Assembly (NCBI GenBank): GCA_964276515.1
Contig: OZ193909.1
Coordinates: 2,604,001-2,668,000 of the forward strand
Direction: 5' to 3'
From: Gordius albopunctatus
Lineage: Eukaryota
DNA length: 64,000 bases
Shown here: one piece after another, positions 25,501 to 36,973 of the stretch
How the letters are laid out: each line of letters begins with the position of its first letter
Numbering within the stretch: the first letter of the stretch is position 1
Made by a program: the position numbers and the translations under genes
Notes under the pieces: model-generated
What the model saw: only the letters and a program-made list of their open reading frames with translations
Told to the model about the DNA's origin: nothing
Databases searched by the model: none

Positions 25501-28500
25501 AAATTGTGTAGTATGCTGTTGTTTTATGGGGCATTATTGATAATATTGTATTCGATATATATCGTTTAATCGATTGCGATTTTGGTGAAAGTTTTAATAA
25601 TAATTTTAATCTATTTCACACCAATTTATCATTAATTTTAATTTCATTATTATATTATTATGACCAATCGAATTTACCTGGAAAAGGTCAGACGCATAAT
25701 TTGGGGGAATGTAAACAGCGATATTTATTGCTATGCAATTTATCGGCTCCTTTTTGGTTGTCGGGCCGTGCTTCCGTCTTGTTTAACTTGTACTTTTTTG
25801 ATGATTGTTGTTTTTGATAGGTGTGGGTGGACTTGTGCTTCTGTAAAAGACTTTTATTTTGCTTTCGCAATTATGGGCTACTAGCTCATGACCGCTGCTT
25901 GGCTTTACTTTTTTCGACCTCGCCCTATTCCAAATGCCACAATTGTTTAGGGGCCCGCCCGACTTATTACCTTTTTTTTGTTATACATATATTCAAATTC
26001 CTGTTGGGAATTTTTTCCATTTCCGTTATTTACATTTACGATCACAAACACCGATGTCCTAATCATTTATTATTTTCATAAAAAGTACTTATTTTGTGAA
26101 GGTGAGATATATAAATAAATAAAAAACTCGGGCCTTCGGCCCTCGTGGGAAGGGGAGGAGGGGAGGGAAGGGGGAACTCATCTACACTCCGTATAAATGT
26201 ATCATATTTGCTATGCAATTTATGGAAATACTTACGTGAATATTGCAAAACGAAGGTTGGAAGCACTAAATAAGTGTATATGCCAAATATCATAAAGGGG
26301 GAGAGAGGGAGCGAAGGGGAAGCTTTATGGTTAGTTAAATTCTACGGGAAACAGTTGTATTACCAAAAAGTCATAATAGCAATGGTAGGAACAGGAAAAA
26401 TCATAATAGTCAAAAAAACGAAAAAAAAATTTTCGAATCACATTTTGGCCAAAGGTCATTTTTTTCCATTGGTCAGCAGCCAGGACACGGTAAAAGTGGA
26501 TATAAATTCATAACAGTCAAAAAAAACGAAAAAAAAATTTCGAATCACATTTTGGCCAATGGTCATTTTATTCCATTGGTCAGCAGCCAGCGGACGGCCA
26601 AAAAGTCATAATAGCAATGGTAGGAACAGGAACAATCATAATATTCAAAAAAAACGAAAAAATAAACTCGGATACACATTTTGGCCAATGGTCATTTTTT
26701 TCATTGGTCAGCAGCCAGCGGACGGCCAAAAAGTCTTATTATCATTGATAGTAACAAGAACAATCATAAGAGTCAAAAAAAACTCCGGGATTCTAACCCA
26801 AAAACTAGATAAATTGCATAGCAATTATTAAAAAGTATAGGGTAATTATCAATGTTAACCTATTCAAAAACGAACAAAAAATTTCGATTTATTTGGCCAA
26901 TGGTAATTTTTTTCAATTATCAATGTTAACTTATTCAAAAAGGAAAAACGAAAAATTAGGATTTATTTGGCCAATGTTCATTTTTTCATTGGTCAGTAGC
27001 CAGCGGTCATATTATCAATGGTATTAACAAGAACAAAATATTAAATTAATTAAAAAAAAAAAATTTTGTCCTCTCCGGGTCTCGAACCCGCAACCTCCAG
27101 GTCGGGAAGCTGGTGTAAATAACTTGGTGGACGACGGACGGACGGACGGACAACCAAAAACGAGCCCATAAATTGCATAGCAATTAAAAGTTCCGAATTG
27201 CAAATATTCGGTAAAAATCCGTTATGATATGCCGATTTTCTGTCTTTATAAAAAACATTTGCGATTATCATGGGGGATAGTAAAGAGATTTGTCTCCCTA
27301 TTTTTTAAATATAATTTGTAAGGCTTGGGGGGAGGCCAAAGGCGACTAGTATAAATACTTTCACCGCAGTGTGAATTTTTGTGATACATTTATTGCTATG
27401 TGATTTATCTGCTCACTTCCTTGTCCGGTCGAAGCACGAGTTCGATTTAATTAGGTTTCCAATCCCAATCCTCTGAAGATTGGTTGTTTCAACATTTTAT
27501 TATCGTTCTTCTAAATACCTAGTAAAATTTATTTTTGTGTATTAGGCCGCTAAATTGGCCCAAGAAGAAGAACGACTTGCCCTTAAAGCGGGCCAAGATT
27601 ATGCTGAGGAGAAGGGGAAAAGGAGAACTTTCGTTCGATTTCTATTGCCGACCTGCTGTTTGGGTTCGTGTTGTGGCACCGGCTCGGGTCCTAAAAATGC
27701 ATACGAACCAAACTCTAAGGTTAGTTGGCGAGCAAAACGAGGGTGGTTTGTAGGTGTAATAAAGGACTATAGTTTTGGCACTGAATTTCGTGAGATTTAA
27801 AAATCTCTTGTTCAAGTGGGATTTATTGAAGTGCTATACGCAACTAAGGCAGAAATTTGGAGTCGTACTTATTGTATGAAGCAAAATTTTGAACATTGCA
27901 ATAAACGGCGTAAAGCAGCAATTTACGTATTAAGGCTGAGGTTTTATGCGGTTAACCCTCGAGAGTATTCCTGAAAATCCCGAACACGAGAGCATTCGTG
28001 TGGTATAGCTTTACCCCAATTTTTAAATTCTCTTAACTTTCAAATTATTCTTTTAAAACATGTGTTTATAAAGGCCTTAAGATTGATGGTATAAATTTTG
28101 ATATGCATCTAATCACAAGATTACAAAACTTATTAACAATTTTCTGAATCCCCATTTTTATTTTGGTCATTTTAGAGCTTCATTTTACCCCTTGACATCA
28201 TATAACTTAAAATCAATCAAAATAAACGTGATTTTTTATTAAAAGAATGTTCAAAATGTATGAAAAACACAAATTGTAAAAGATATCATCATACAAAAAA
28301 AATTCATACATTTTTTCCAACAAAAAAAACTTACGTAAGAGCATTCGTGGGGTAAACAGAACCCCACGAGCCAAAAAAGCTTACATATTTTAAAAAGTGT
28401 TAAGCTAAAATCTGCGAAATTTTAACCTTACCTAGTTCTTGATAAAATAATAAGATCAAATTTAAACTTTAATTGCGTTTTATATTTTAATTTATAATTT

Positions 28501-31500
28501 GCGTAGGGTTTCGAAATACCCAACTCTCGCGGGTTAAAGTTAAAAATATTGATTTTCCTAAAAAACCCAGTTTTTTTTTCTCGATTTTATATTACCTTTA
28601 AGAGCCCTTATGCTATTGTTTTCCTTATTAGTTGTGTTTTTCGAAGCTAAAATGACGCTCGAAATTTAGACTTGACCTCATGAGAATTATTTACAAAACT
28701 TAGGTTGCCGTGGAAAATAGGAATTTTTAAACGCGGTTTTTAGGCATAGCTCCTCAACTTTAACTGGTAGACGCGACTCGATGTATTTGTTTAAATTACA
28801 AGGTAAAAACGAAAATATAGCCGTTAGAGAACTGAAAAGTGGCTTACTTTAAACTCGACCCTGCACGAAAAATTTTAAAATTTTTAACTCAACCCCAATC
28901 CGATGTGGGATCTGAGTCGGGTTTTGGGTCACCCGCGCAGGTCTCTATAGCCGTCTTTGTATTTACGCCCCTAAGGTTTCAGCTTTGCCCAATGGATCTG
29001 CCCGTTGTGGTAATAACGTCTCTAACCATCAACAACACAAAACCCTACCACAGGGCGCTGGGATCAATGGTAATGCGGTGGTGACCAATTTCACCCAACT
29101 CAGTGCTTTGGAGATGGAGAAGGAGATGGTCCGAGACTCCAATGATAGACCAGAGCTCGCGGCTCATACCCTAGCCCCCCAACCCGAGGATGATTTAAAC
29201 GTAATTTGCTTGCTTAAATGACCGGACTTTATAGCTTAGTGTTGTAAAAAGGGCTGCTGGATTTTAGTTGGTCCACCTTTGGTTTAACTAAGACTAACGG
29301 TCGACTCTTCTCTTGGTCTGTTTTTCAAATTTCGAGACTAAGCCTAGGGGTCGATGAAGAAAAAATACGCCAAAAAATCTTGGGCCTGTTTACGTTTAGT
29401 CATTTAAAGATGTTATAAAATTTGGTGCGATGATCCGGTGTCGTTAAAGACTGATTTTTGTTGACCTGCCCTCACAACTCAAAGAGGCTAAAATTTTAAG
29501 GATTTTTAATAATATTAATAGTTTCTACATGTTCACCAAATTTCATAAAAATCTAAAGGAACCGGCCGAAAAAAGCGTTTTCATAATTGATAATGATTGC
29601 TATTTTTTAAATTTTCCTTTGCTCATAAATCTTAGTTTGCTGCGCAGCAAAAATCGCGGTACCTGTTATAACATAGCTGTGTCTTAACTACGGATACGGA
29701 TTCACAGCAGATTTACATTTCAGGCGCATAACATAACACCCATTTTGTAAGCTGCAAATCATAAGTTTTGCGCCTAAAGCTTTGATGAAAGTGGTATAAA
29801 ACCGAGTCTCCTTTAACTGTTCGTGTAGGGGTGCTGCCCTGCACCGATGAGCGCGTCATAGCTATGTGAATTTAAAACAATGAGGATGGGGGGGGGGTTA
29901 TCATTTAAAAATTTTACGCGAATGTCACGATGATCCCAAAAATTACTATTGCGATATTTAGAGTGAAGTGAGTATGAGTAGTACGTGTACATAATAGTGT
30001 TGTAAAAACGATTGGGTTCCGCTTGGTGGACCTTTGGTTTTAGTTTTTTTGGTCTGTGTTTTTCTTAATCGACCCCCAGGCTTAGTCGAAGTTTGAAAAA
30101 GAGACCAACAAAACCCAGTCTTTTTACAACACCAGTAGATGACCGAGTCCGAAAGACTTTTTTATTTTTGGCCCGATCCGATTCAAAAAAATTTCAGCAT
30201 CTAAATATAAACTGCATTAGATTGTTTTACTCGTAATTTACAACTAGGATAAGTTTGAAATAAGAAATGCATTTTTACTCGTTACAATTTATTCAGCTAA
30301 TCATTTAAAGCTAAAAATTTAACTTTATAAAAACCTTTTAAAATATTTACTTATCTTATTTGTAAAGTTGTAACAGCTACTATTATTTAAATGATAGAAT
30401 AAGATTTGCAATTCAGGTCAGTTATATAATATAATGATTATAATAGACAAGGGGAAAAAGTTTAAGTTTGAGAGCTATATTTAAATCCTATTTTATAAGA
30501 GATTAATTTGCTTTTGCTCGATTCGGGCCGGCCTCGGGTTGAGCCGCCACATCAGGCCCGACTCGAGCCTAAGGTCCGATTAGTTTATTAAGTTCTGCCC
30601 GACCCCAAATCCGATCGGGCCGTGTCGGGCTTTGGGCATTCCGTGTAGGACTCTAGTCGTCACTCATTTAAACGGCGCGATATTGTTTTCAATTACTCGA
30701 GCATTTTTTAATACAAAATTGGATCCGAACCTATTTTAATTTCCTTATAATGTTGGGTCAGCAGGACACCTTAGATTCGAACGGAGAGGATAATCAATTT
30801 TGTCAACTGTCATCGGGTCTAAACGACACCAATAAAAGAGCCAGAGCTCATTCCTGCTCCTCCGTCCTCAAGCGTAAAGTTAGTCAAGATTCAACCGCTC
30901 ACAGCCGCGCAGCTGGTAAGAGGCACGTTTCCATGCAACCCATGGCTTACGATTTGGATGACGACAACGCCCTAGCCATAACCATAACCCCCGACGAGGT
31001 AGGATTAGTGTTGTAAAAGCGGCTGGGTTTAGTTTGGCGGACCTTTGGTTTTAGTCGACTGAACTCAAGCAGACCAAAGGGTTTTTGGTCAAACTCTTGG
31101 TTCGTTTATGTCATTAATTTGTGCGCTATAATATAATGCGATAATTTTACGAATCGCCACTAGTAGCTATTGTTGTAAAAACGGCTGGATTTTGTTCAGA
31201 ACAAAAATTTTTCGGTCGGATCCTCTTAGTCGACCCCTAGGCATGGTCGAAATTTAAAAAGCAGAACTGAGTCTCGACCGTTGGTCTTAGTCAAACCGAA
31301 GGTCGACCAAATAAAACCAGCCGTTTGCTGCTATATTTTTTGGCGATATTTGCCTACGATGGATAACTACTGGGTAGATTTAGATTATTGAAAAATACCT
31401 TTTGCCTCATTATTAAATAATAATTTTACAAATCACCACTACTATACCCTTTTGGAATATTATTCGCGATTGATAGATGATCAAGACTTGTAGTCACGAA

Positions 31501-34500
31501 GAGGGCCTTCATTTCGCTGGCCAAAACACGGTGGTAACCCTGGCTTACATGATTTTGCTGGGCGATGGACTTCACAATTTCATCGACGGTTTATCCATTG
31601 GGGCCGCCTTCTCCCAAAGCATTTTATCCGGTGTTAGCATATCATTGGCCGTTATTTTCGAAGAATTCCCCCATGAACTGGGTAAGCTAGTACGAGCTCA
31701 AGCTCCCCAACTCATTTGCATAAACTTGGAACGGACAAATCAAATCTCCTACGTTCATAGTGCCGCGCGAAGCGAAAAATACAAATGCATTAAATTAATA
31801 GGGCGCGTTCATAGTGAACACAAATTGCGGCAAAGGCGAACGAAAAAGTGAATACAAATCATTTTGTACTTTTCGCGTCGCGCCGTGGCCAAAAAATTGA
31901 ATAGTGTTGTAAGTTAATATGCATATAAGTGATTATTTATTATATTTTAATACACAAGAGCATAAATAATTATGATCTAATCGATGACATTAGTGCATTA
32001 CCATTCATATACGACAAATTTCATAAAGATTACAAGGATATTAAACAAAGAGATGAAGAGTTTCAGAAACTTTCAATAAAATATTTGGCTTCAGGTAAAA
32101 TATGCTATTTTTAACATCTTATGTTATGATTAGCTGAGGAACTAAAGAAAAGATGGAAAAATTTAAGAGACACTTATATGAAGGAGTATAACAGGGAAAA
32201 AACCTTAAAAGTGGAAGTGGATTAAGCTTGTCATCTTGGCCTTATTTCAGGGTGCTAGATTTTTTAAGGGCAACTTTACAGCCAAGAATTCAGTGGAGCA
32301 GTCTTGACAGTATAATATATGAAGATGAGACAAACAACTCATTAAATGATAAGAGTGTCTTTTTAAGTGATGCTTCTTCTAGTGTGCTAAACAAGGAAAA
32401 TAGTAAGTTTATCAATTGGATAGCAGTCAATAATGATATTTATACAGCACCACCAGAAATGTTTTTAAAAAAATCACGTAGGATCAATTCAGAAATAACT
32501 TTTCTCGAGAAGCTCATTACTATGGAAGAGCAAAATAAAAACAAATCTGCTGTCGTCCATGGTGTTATAGAAGAAACTTTTAAAAAGAGTTCAAAGAAGG
32601 GAAAAGAACAATTGTCTAAGATAATTATAATTAAATGCTTGAATTTTCATACTGATGATGATGATTAATTTTAATATTTTAAATATTTATTGAATTTAAT
32701 AAATATTGTATCTATGTAATATATGTCAAATAAAGTTATATTTTTAAACAATATGCTTTATACAATCTTTTTAAACTTATAACACTACTCAAGTAAATAA
32801 GATTAAATCTTTATTGAAATCAAAATTTTTCTAAAAGTATTAATTAAATTTAACATCTATTACTATTATTACCCAATAATAGTGATCATCAATTTTTTCT
32901 CAGATGATATATTTATTTTAACAATTTTTTGGGGCTTTGTTAATGGACCTACTCGCTTTAGTATGTAATAAAATGTTTCCTACAATAATTTTATAAATCA
33001 ATATTATTAATTACCATGCTCATTCTCAAGTAGTTAAAAAATTTTATGGGACATTGAAGCAATTTTGGAAATGTAGTAAAATATTCACTTTCTTTTCTTC
33101 TATTTACATTTAGTCTATTAACAGTTCTTTTCTTCATAGTACAATATAGATATAAACACTTTAAAGTTATAAGTGAAACCATTTCAAACGCGAATCGCAG
33201 GCACTATCAATGAAACGTCAATTTGCGAATTGCCTGTCGCAATTTTTCGCTTCGCGCGGCACTATGAACGCAGGGTTACTCTCTTATTTTGTCATATGAT
33301 GTCACGTAAAAGTGATGGCCAATATTTTACTGCGTTTTAACGCAAATTAGTCAGTGAATTCCTGACCTATTTTTATAGAATCATGATAAGAAGGCATATA
33401 TTACTTAGATAACGCCCCCTTTATATCATTATATTATAATTGTGGTTTTTTATCCTAATTGTATTATGATCCGATATATATCAATAAACCATCAATTATC
33501 TAAATAAAATAAACCAATTTTGAGGGCTAAAGATAAAATCCCGTTCAATTCAATAATATAATTTTTTTAAGATTAAACTTAACCCAAAGAAATTTATTAT
33601 ACTTTTAAGCTGAGCTGTAACAGGAGAGAGGGGCAAAAGTAATAACCGTTGTGACTTGTATGATTGCATTTTAAAGGCGATTTCGCTATCCTCATAAACT
33701 CGGGAATGACCGTGAAGAAGGCGATGCTTTGCAATTTTGTTTCCGCCTCGACCTGCTACATAGGCATGTTTTTCGGCATTCTGCTGGGAGAAAACGAAGA
33801 AGTCAGCTATTACATATTCGCCTTGGCCGCCGGCATGTTTCTCTACATTTCACTCGTCGATATGGTATTTCTACTTTACACAATCTTATTAAAGGGTTTT
33901 TTAAAACTATAAGATAGGCTTTTAAAAACGGCAGCATGACGTTCCTTTTAAGGCAAAAATAGGTTTTAAGATAATTTCTGTATTTAATTACCTGGTTACC
34001 AAATAATGATCTTATAATATTGGCCAGCAAACTGTTTGCAGATTTTGGTAGAGTTTTTTACGGTAAACACAAATAAATTTTTTGTTATTTATCCATACGT
34101 CAAACTTTTGAAATATTTGCTGTCAAAGTTGCTAAAATCAGACAATTTTGGCGTTTTTAAACGTCAATAACTTGCAAATTAATCGGTAAAATATAAGTTT
34201 AATAAATTTGATTTATGAAAAAGCAGGTGATTAAGTTTAGTAATTAAACGAAGCACTTGTAGTAAACAGGATTAAGTAGGATGTGGATTTGCAAATGTCA
34301 GGGCTGAGGAATTGGAGACATTTATTTATTTTACCGTTATAAATCAAGTAGATTCACTGTTAGCGATATTGGGCCAGGAAATCACTTCATTTCGTGATTC
34401 AATCTCAAGTTTTCTTTCACTATTTATGACAAAGGGGGAGCTTTTATGTGTAAGCTTTCACAAATGACAGTTGAAGCCTCCGTTTCCTTTCCCAAAAATT

Positions 34501-34694
34501 ACATTAAATTAATGGATGTCGATAAATTTAATTTTTAATTTATGCGCTAGATGCCCGAGCTGAATAAATCCATTGAGAAGGCGAATAAAACGGGATCCTT
34601 AGCCTCTACTCTAGTCATTCAGTATACCGGTGTAGCGATCGGCTTAACCTCGATGTGCGTCCTAGCTAAATACGCATCCAACATCACTTTTTAA
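16561..34694 (+). CDS. LIV-1 family ZIP metal transporter, ZIP8/ZIP14-like (SLC39A). Inferred exons: 16561-16875 and 20816-20986 (tentative), 21853-22150, 22704-22873, 23250-23375, 27546-27719, 28976-29200, 30762/30765-30998, 31477-31681, 33677-33864, 34551-34694
   Basis: TM1-2 [12 protein letters not shown]...[20 protein letters not shown]4 [12 protein letters not shown]5 [30 protein letters not shown]; phase-consistent GT-AG junctions. The two 5'-most exons rest only on phase and a signal-peptide-like start. Confidence 0.88.
18948..19624 (+). mobile_element. Buster/Charlie-type hAT deletion derivative
   Basis: TIRs CAGTGATTCTTAA / TTAAGAACCACTG; perfect TSD CAGTAAAG (nnnTAnnn); remnant [10 protein letters not shown]...[11 protein letters not shown]...IKTKKRNRL...EPRINKLV...QQQKSH*. 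Confidence 0.92.
20401..20559. mobile_element. CATGGGCGTAGC-family MITE
   Basis: CATAGGCTTAGCCAG...CTAGCTACGCCCATG; a further degenerate copy at ~19775-19912. Confidence 0.7.
24618..24894. mobile_element. Harbinger-like MITE, GGGCTTGTGTCTTAATATCG family, copy 1
   Basis: ~20-bp TIRs; internal sequence is the reverse complement of copy 2. Confidence 0.8.
25023..25303. mobile_element. Harbinger-like MITE copy 2 (inverted relative to copy 1), inserted in a TAGTGTTGTAA MITE
   Basis: Same TIRs, preceded by TAA; flanks 24922-25020 and 25305-25404 reconstitute the host MITE. Confidence 0.8.
26100..27350 (+). repeat. Degenerate ~120-bp tandem array (~5-6 units, 26360-27045) within a possible Helitron-like element
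   Basis: Recurrent TTTGGCCAATGGTCATTTTTT...CATTGGTCAGCAGCCAGCGG; ends with GC-rich stretch + CTAGT at ~27325-27350. 5' end uncertain. Confidence 0.6.
27956..28533. mobile_element. piggyBac-type MITE
   Basis: TTAA|CCCTCGAGAG...CTCTCGCGGG|TTAA; homologous to 61873-62478. Confidence 0.88.
31749..33273. mobile_element. PIF/Harbinger deletion derivative in a ZIP intron: MADF (Myb/SANT-like) gene on plus, transposase 5' fragment on minus
   Basis: ~32-bp TIRs CT(A/G)CGTTCATAGTGCCGCGCGAAGCGAAAAAT. MADF motifs LIDDI..P.IYD...YKD / [11 protein letters not shown] / [10 protein letters not shown] (39-nt intron, one frameshift). Transposase N-term [17 protein letters not shown]...[11 protein letters not shown]. 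Confidence 0.88.
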
Positions 34695-36973
34695 AAAGTG
34701 TGCTCCCGCCTCTAACCTCCTGCAAATCCAAGATTCTTAGTCTTTTCCCGAAGCGAAAAACTAGGAATTTGGGGGAAAGGAACTTAACACTCTATCTACA
34801 TATCGCGATGCGTCTCCAAACTATCAAATACTCTCCTATTTCCTATACTTTTGTTTTCCGACTCGTTTGGTTCAAGCATCGCATTCACGAATTATGGTGT
34901 TTATCCTTAAACTTTTATCGCGTTTTAAAATATTCCGATTTTTTCTTGGAATAATATGAGGCTTCACAACCTAGAGGACATGAATTTCCAGCGTGAAATT
35001 ATGCCCATGGTGCTATACTACGATATGTCACTCCATTTCCTCCCACATGCACCTTTAGATTTTGTTAGTTAATCGTTGAGTCGCCGTCTTTGGTTTATTT
35101 GTTTTGGTTTTTGGTGTCGGAAATTTACGAATGGATTCGAGGCTCAAGTTATAAGCCCTTACCCATCCATACACGCTCGATGCACATTTTATCATTATAC
35201 GCGTCACATATCAGCAGCATCTTTATTCATTTTATTACGACTACCTAGTGATGTTGCAAAAACGGCTGGGCTTTGACTGGTAGACCTCTAAGCTTAGTCA
35301 AATTAAAGGTCGACCTACCGAAATTCAGGCGTTTTAAAACACTATAACATAACATACCGATGATATATGGCATTTTGCTGTTCCAGTTTTATGAGACTAG
35401 ATGCTCAAAAACGAATATTTATATCATATTTATCACATCATACTTATTTGTTTGCGTTGTTTTATTTACCCCTTCTTCCTTGTCCCCCCATGTGTATTCA
35501 AATACCGCGTGCGAAATGTATCAAGAAGTGTTATTGTTTTTTAAATATTTCGTAGAAGTTACACACATTAAATAATAGGCAATGTTTAACACACGTTATA
35601 CGCATTGTTTTTAGATACGTAGCATCTCCATTTTGCTTTTTATTTGTATAAAGAGCGCCTTAAAGCACTAATTAGATCGGCATGTTAATTATGAGATTTA
35701 TTTCTACTGTTCAGGTTTCCTTTTGGTTTGATGCTTTAGAATCCACATGTGGGCGTAGCGAGCATTGTAATTAGAGGGAGGCAATGTGATTTAGGGAGAG
35801 GGGCAAAAGGAGAAGTTTAGCCATAATTTTAATATATTTTAAATAAGTTCAGATTTGGGGGGATAATGCATAGAACTTAAAAACACGGCTACAACAAATT
35901 TTGGCAGGGACGGATATAGATCGAACCTCGGATAAAAAACTCTTAAAGTAAAAAGATGAGATAAAGGAAAAAATTAGATGGTTGCATTTAAATCTAACTA
36001 TTCGTAGATAATTTATTGTTCTTATTATGATGCATTGCTTGCAGATTCTAGATTTGTCTGTTGAATTTTTGTTGTTTACATGCAACATGCTTATACTTTC
36101 GTGATGGTAAAATCAGCGAATTGTAGGCAAAACACAATTCATTACATTTTTAACTCAAAATTACGTTGACAAGTATATTCAAACCTTTTCCGTCGATAAG
36201 CCAAAATTGGGCGAAAAAATTGTCACAAAATTTATACTTAAGCTTAAAGTTGTTACTAGATATAAAAGGTTCTTGATACTGTGTTTCTGCATAAAATTCT
36301 AAAGCCTGAAAGCTGCCCCAGGTTTCGCAACAGATTAAAACAGCAATATTAAAAATGTTAATCTCTAAATTATTATCAGTAATATTTGTACAAAGTAGTC
36401 AGACACGAAAAAAGATAAGTAATACGAGTGTATAGTGCTTATATGAGAAGGGGTCCGAGTGCGCACTAGGACTGTGGTATGCTCTCTAGTGTTCACCACG
36501 TGTAGGAGAGAAAATTAAAAAAAAAACTTTGAATTTTACGCATCTATCTATAAACGCGTAAGTAAATACAATTGGTTTACACATTTATATGTTGTATATA
36601 TATTAGGTTAAATGTGAAATATAGGTTTTCTCTCGACACGTTAACTATTACAACGACACAAGGTGGTGAGTAAGGGGAGACTTTGGGTTAGGGTAGGGCT
36701 GGAGCGAGAATGGGTAGGTAAATTTTGGGTAAAAATCTATGTTACAAATTTAGGCAATATACGGGATCTGACTCATATTATACCGGTTCATTTCTTTCGA
36801 TACGCATTAATTATCATTATATCGTCGAAGTAATCTAATCGAATGTAAATCACAAATGCAGTGGCATTATTAGCGCAAACGCTAGTAGTAGGCGCTATCA
36901 CCCAACATTAACTACTCAACAGGCGAGCGCGCTTTGCATATAAATTAGGCGGCGCAAGCGTCGTCCAACAGCG

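Noticed and set aside
26360..27045. Repeat array as a CRISPR locus
   Set aside because: Units are degenerate ~120-bp tandem copies without unique spacers, in a eukaryotic intron, with no cas genes.
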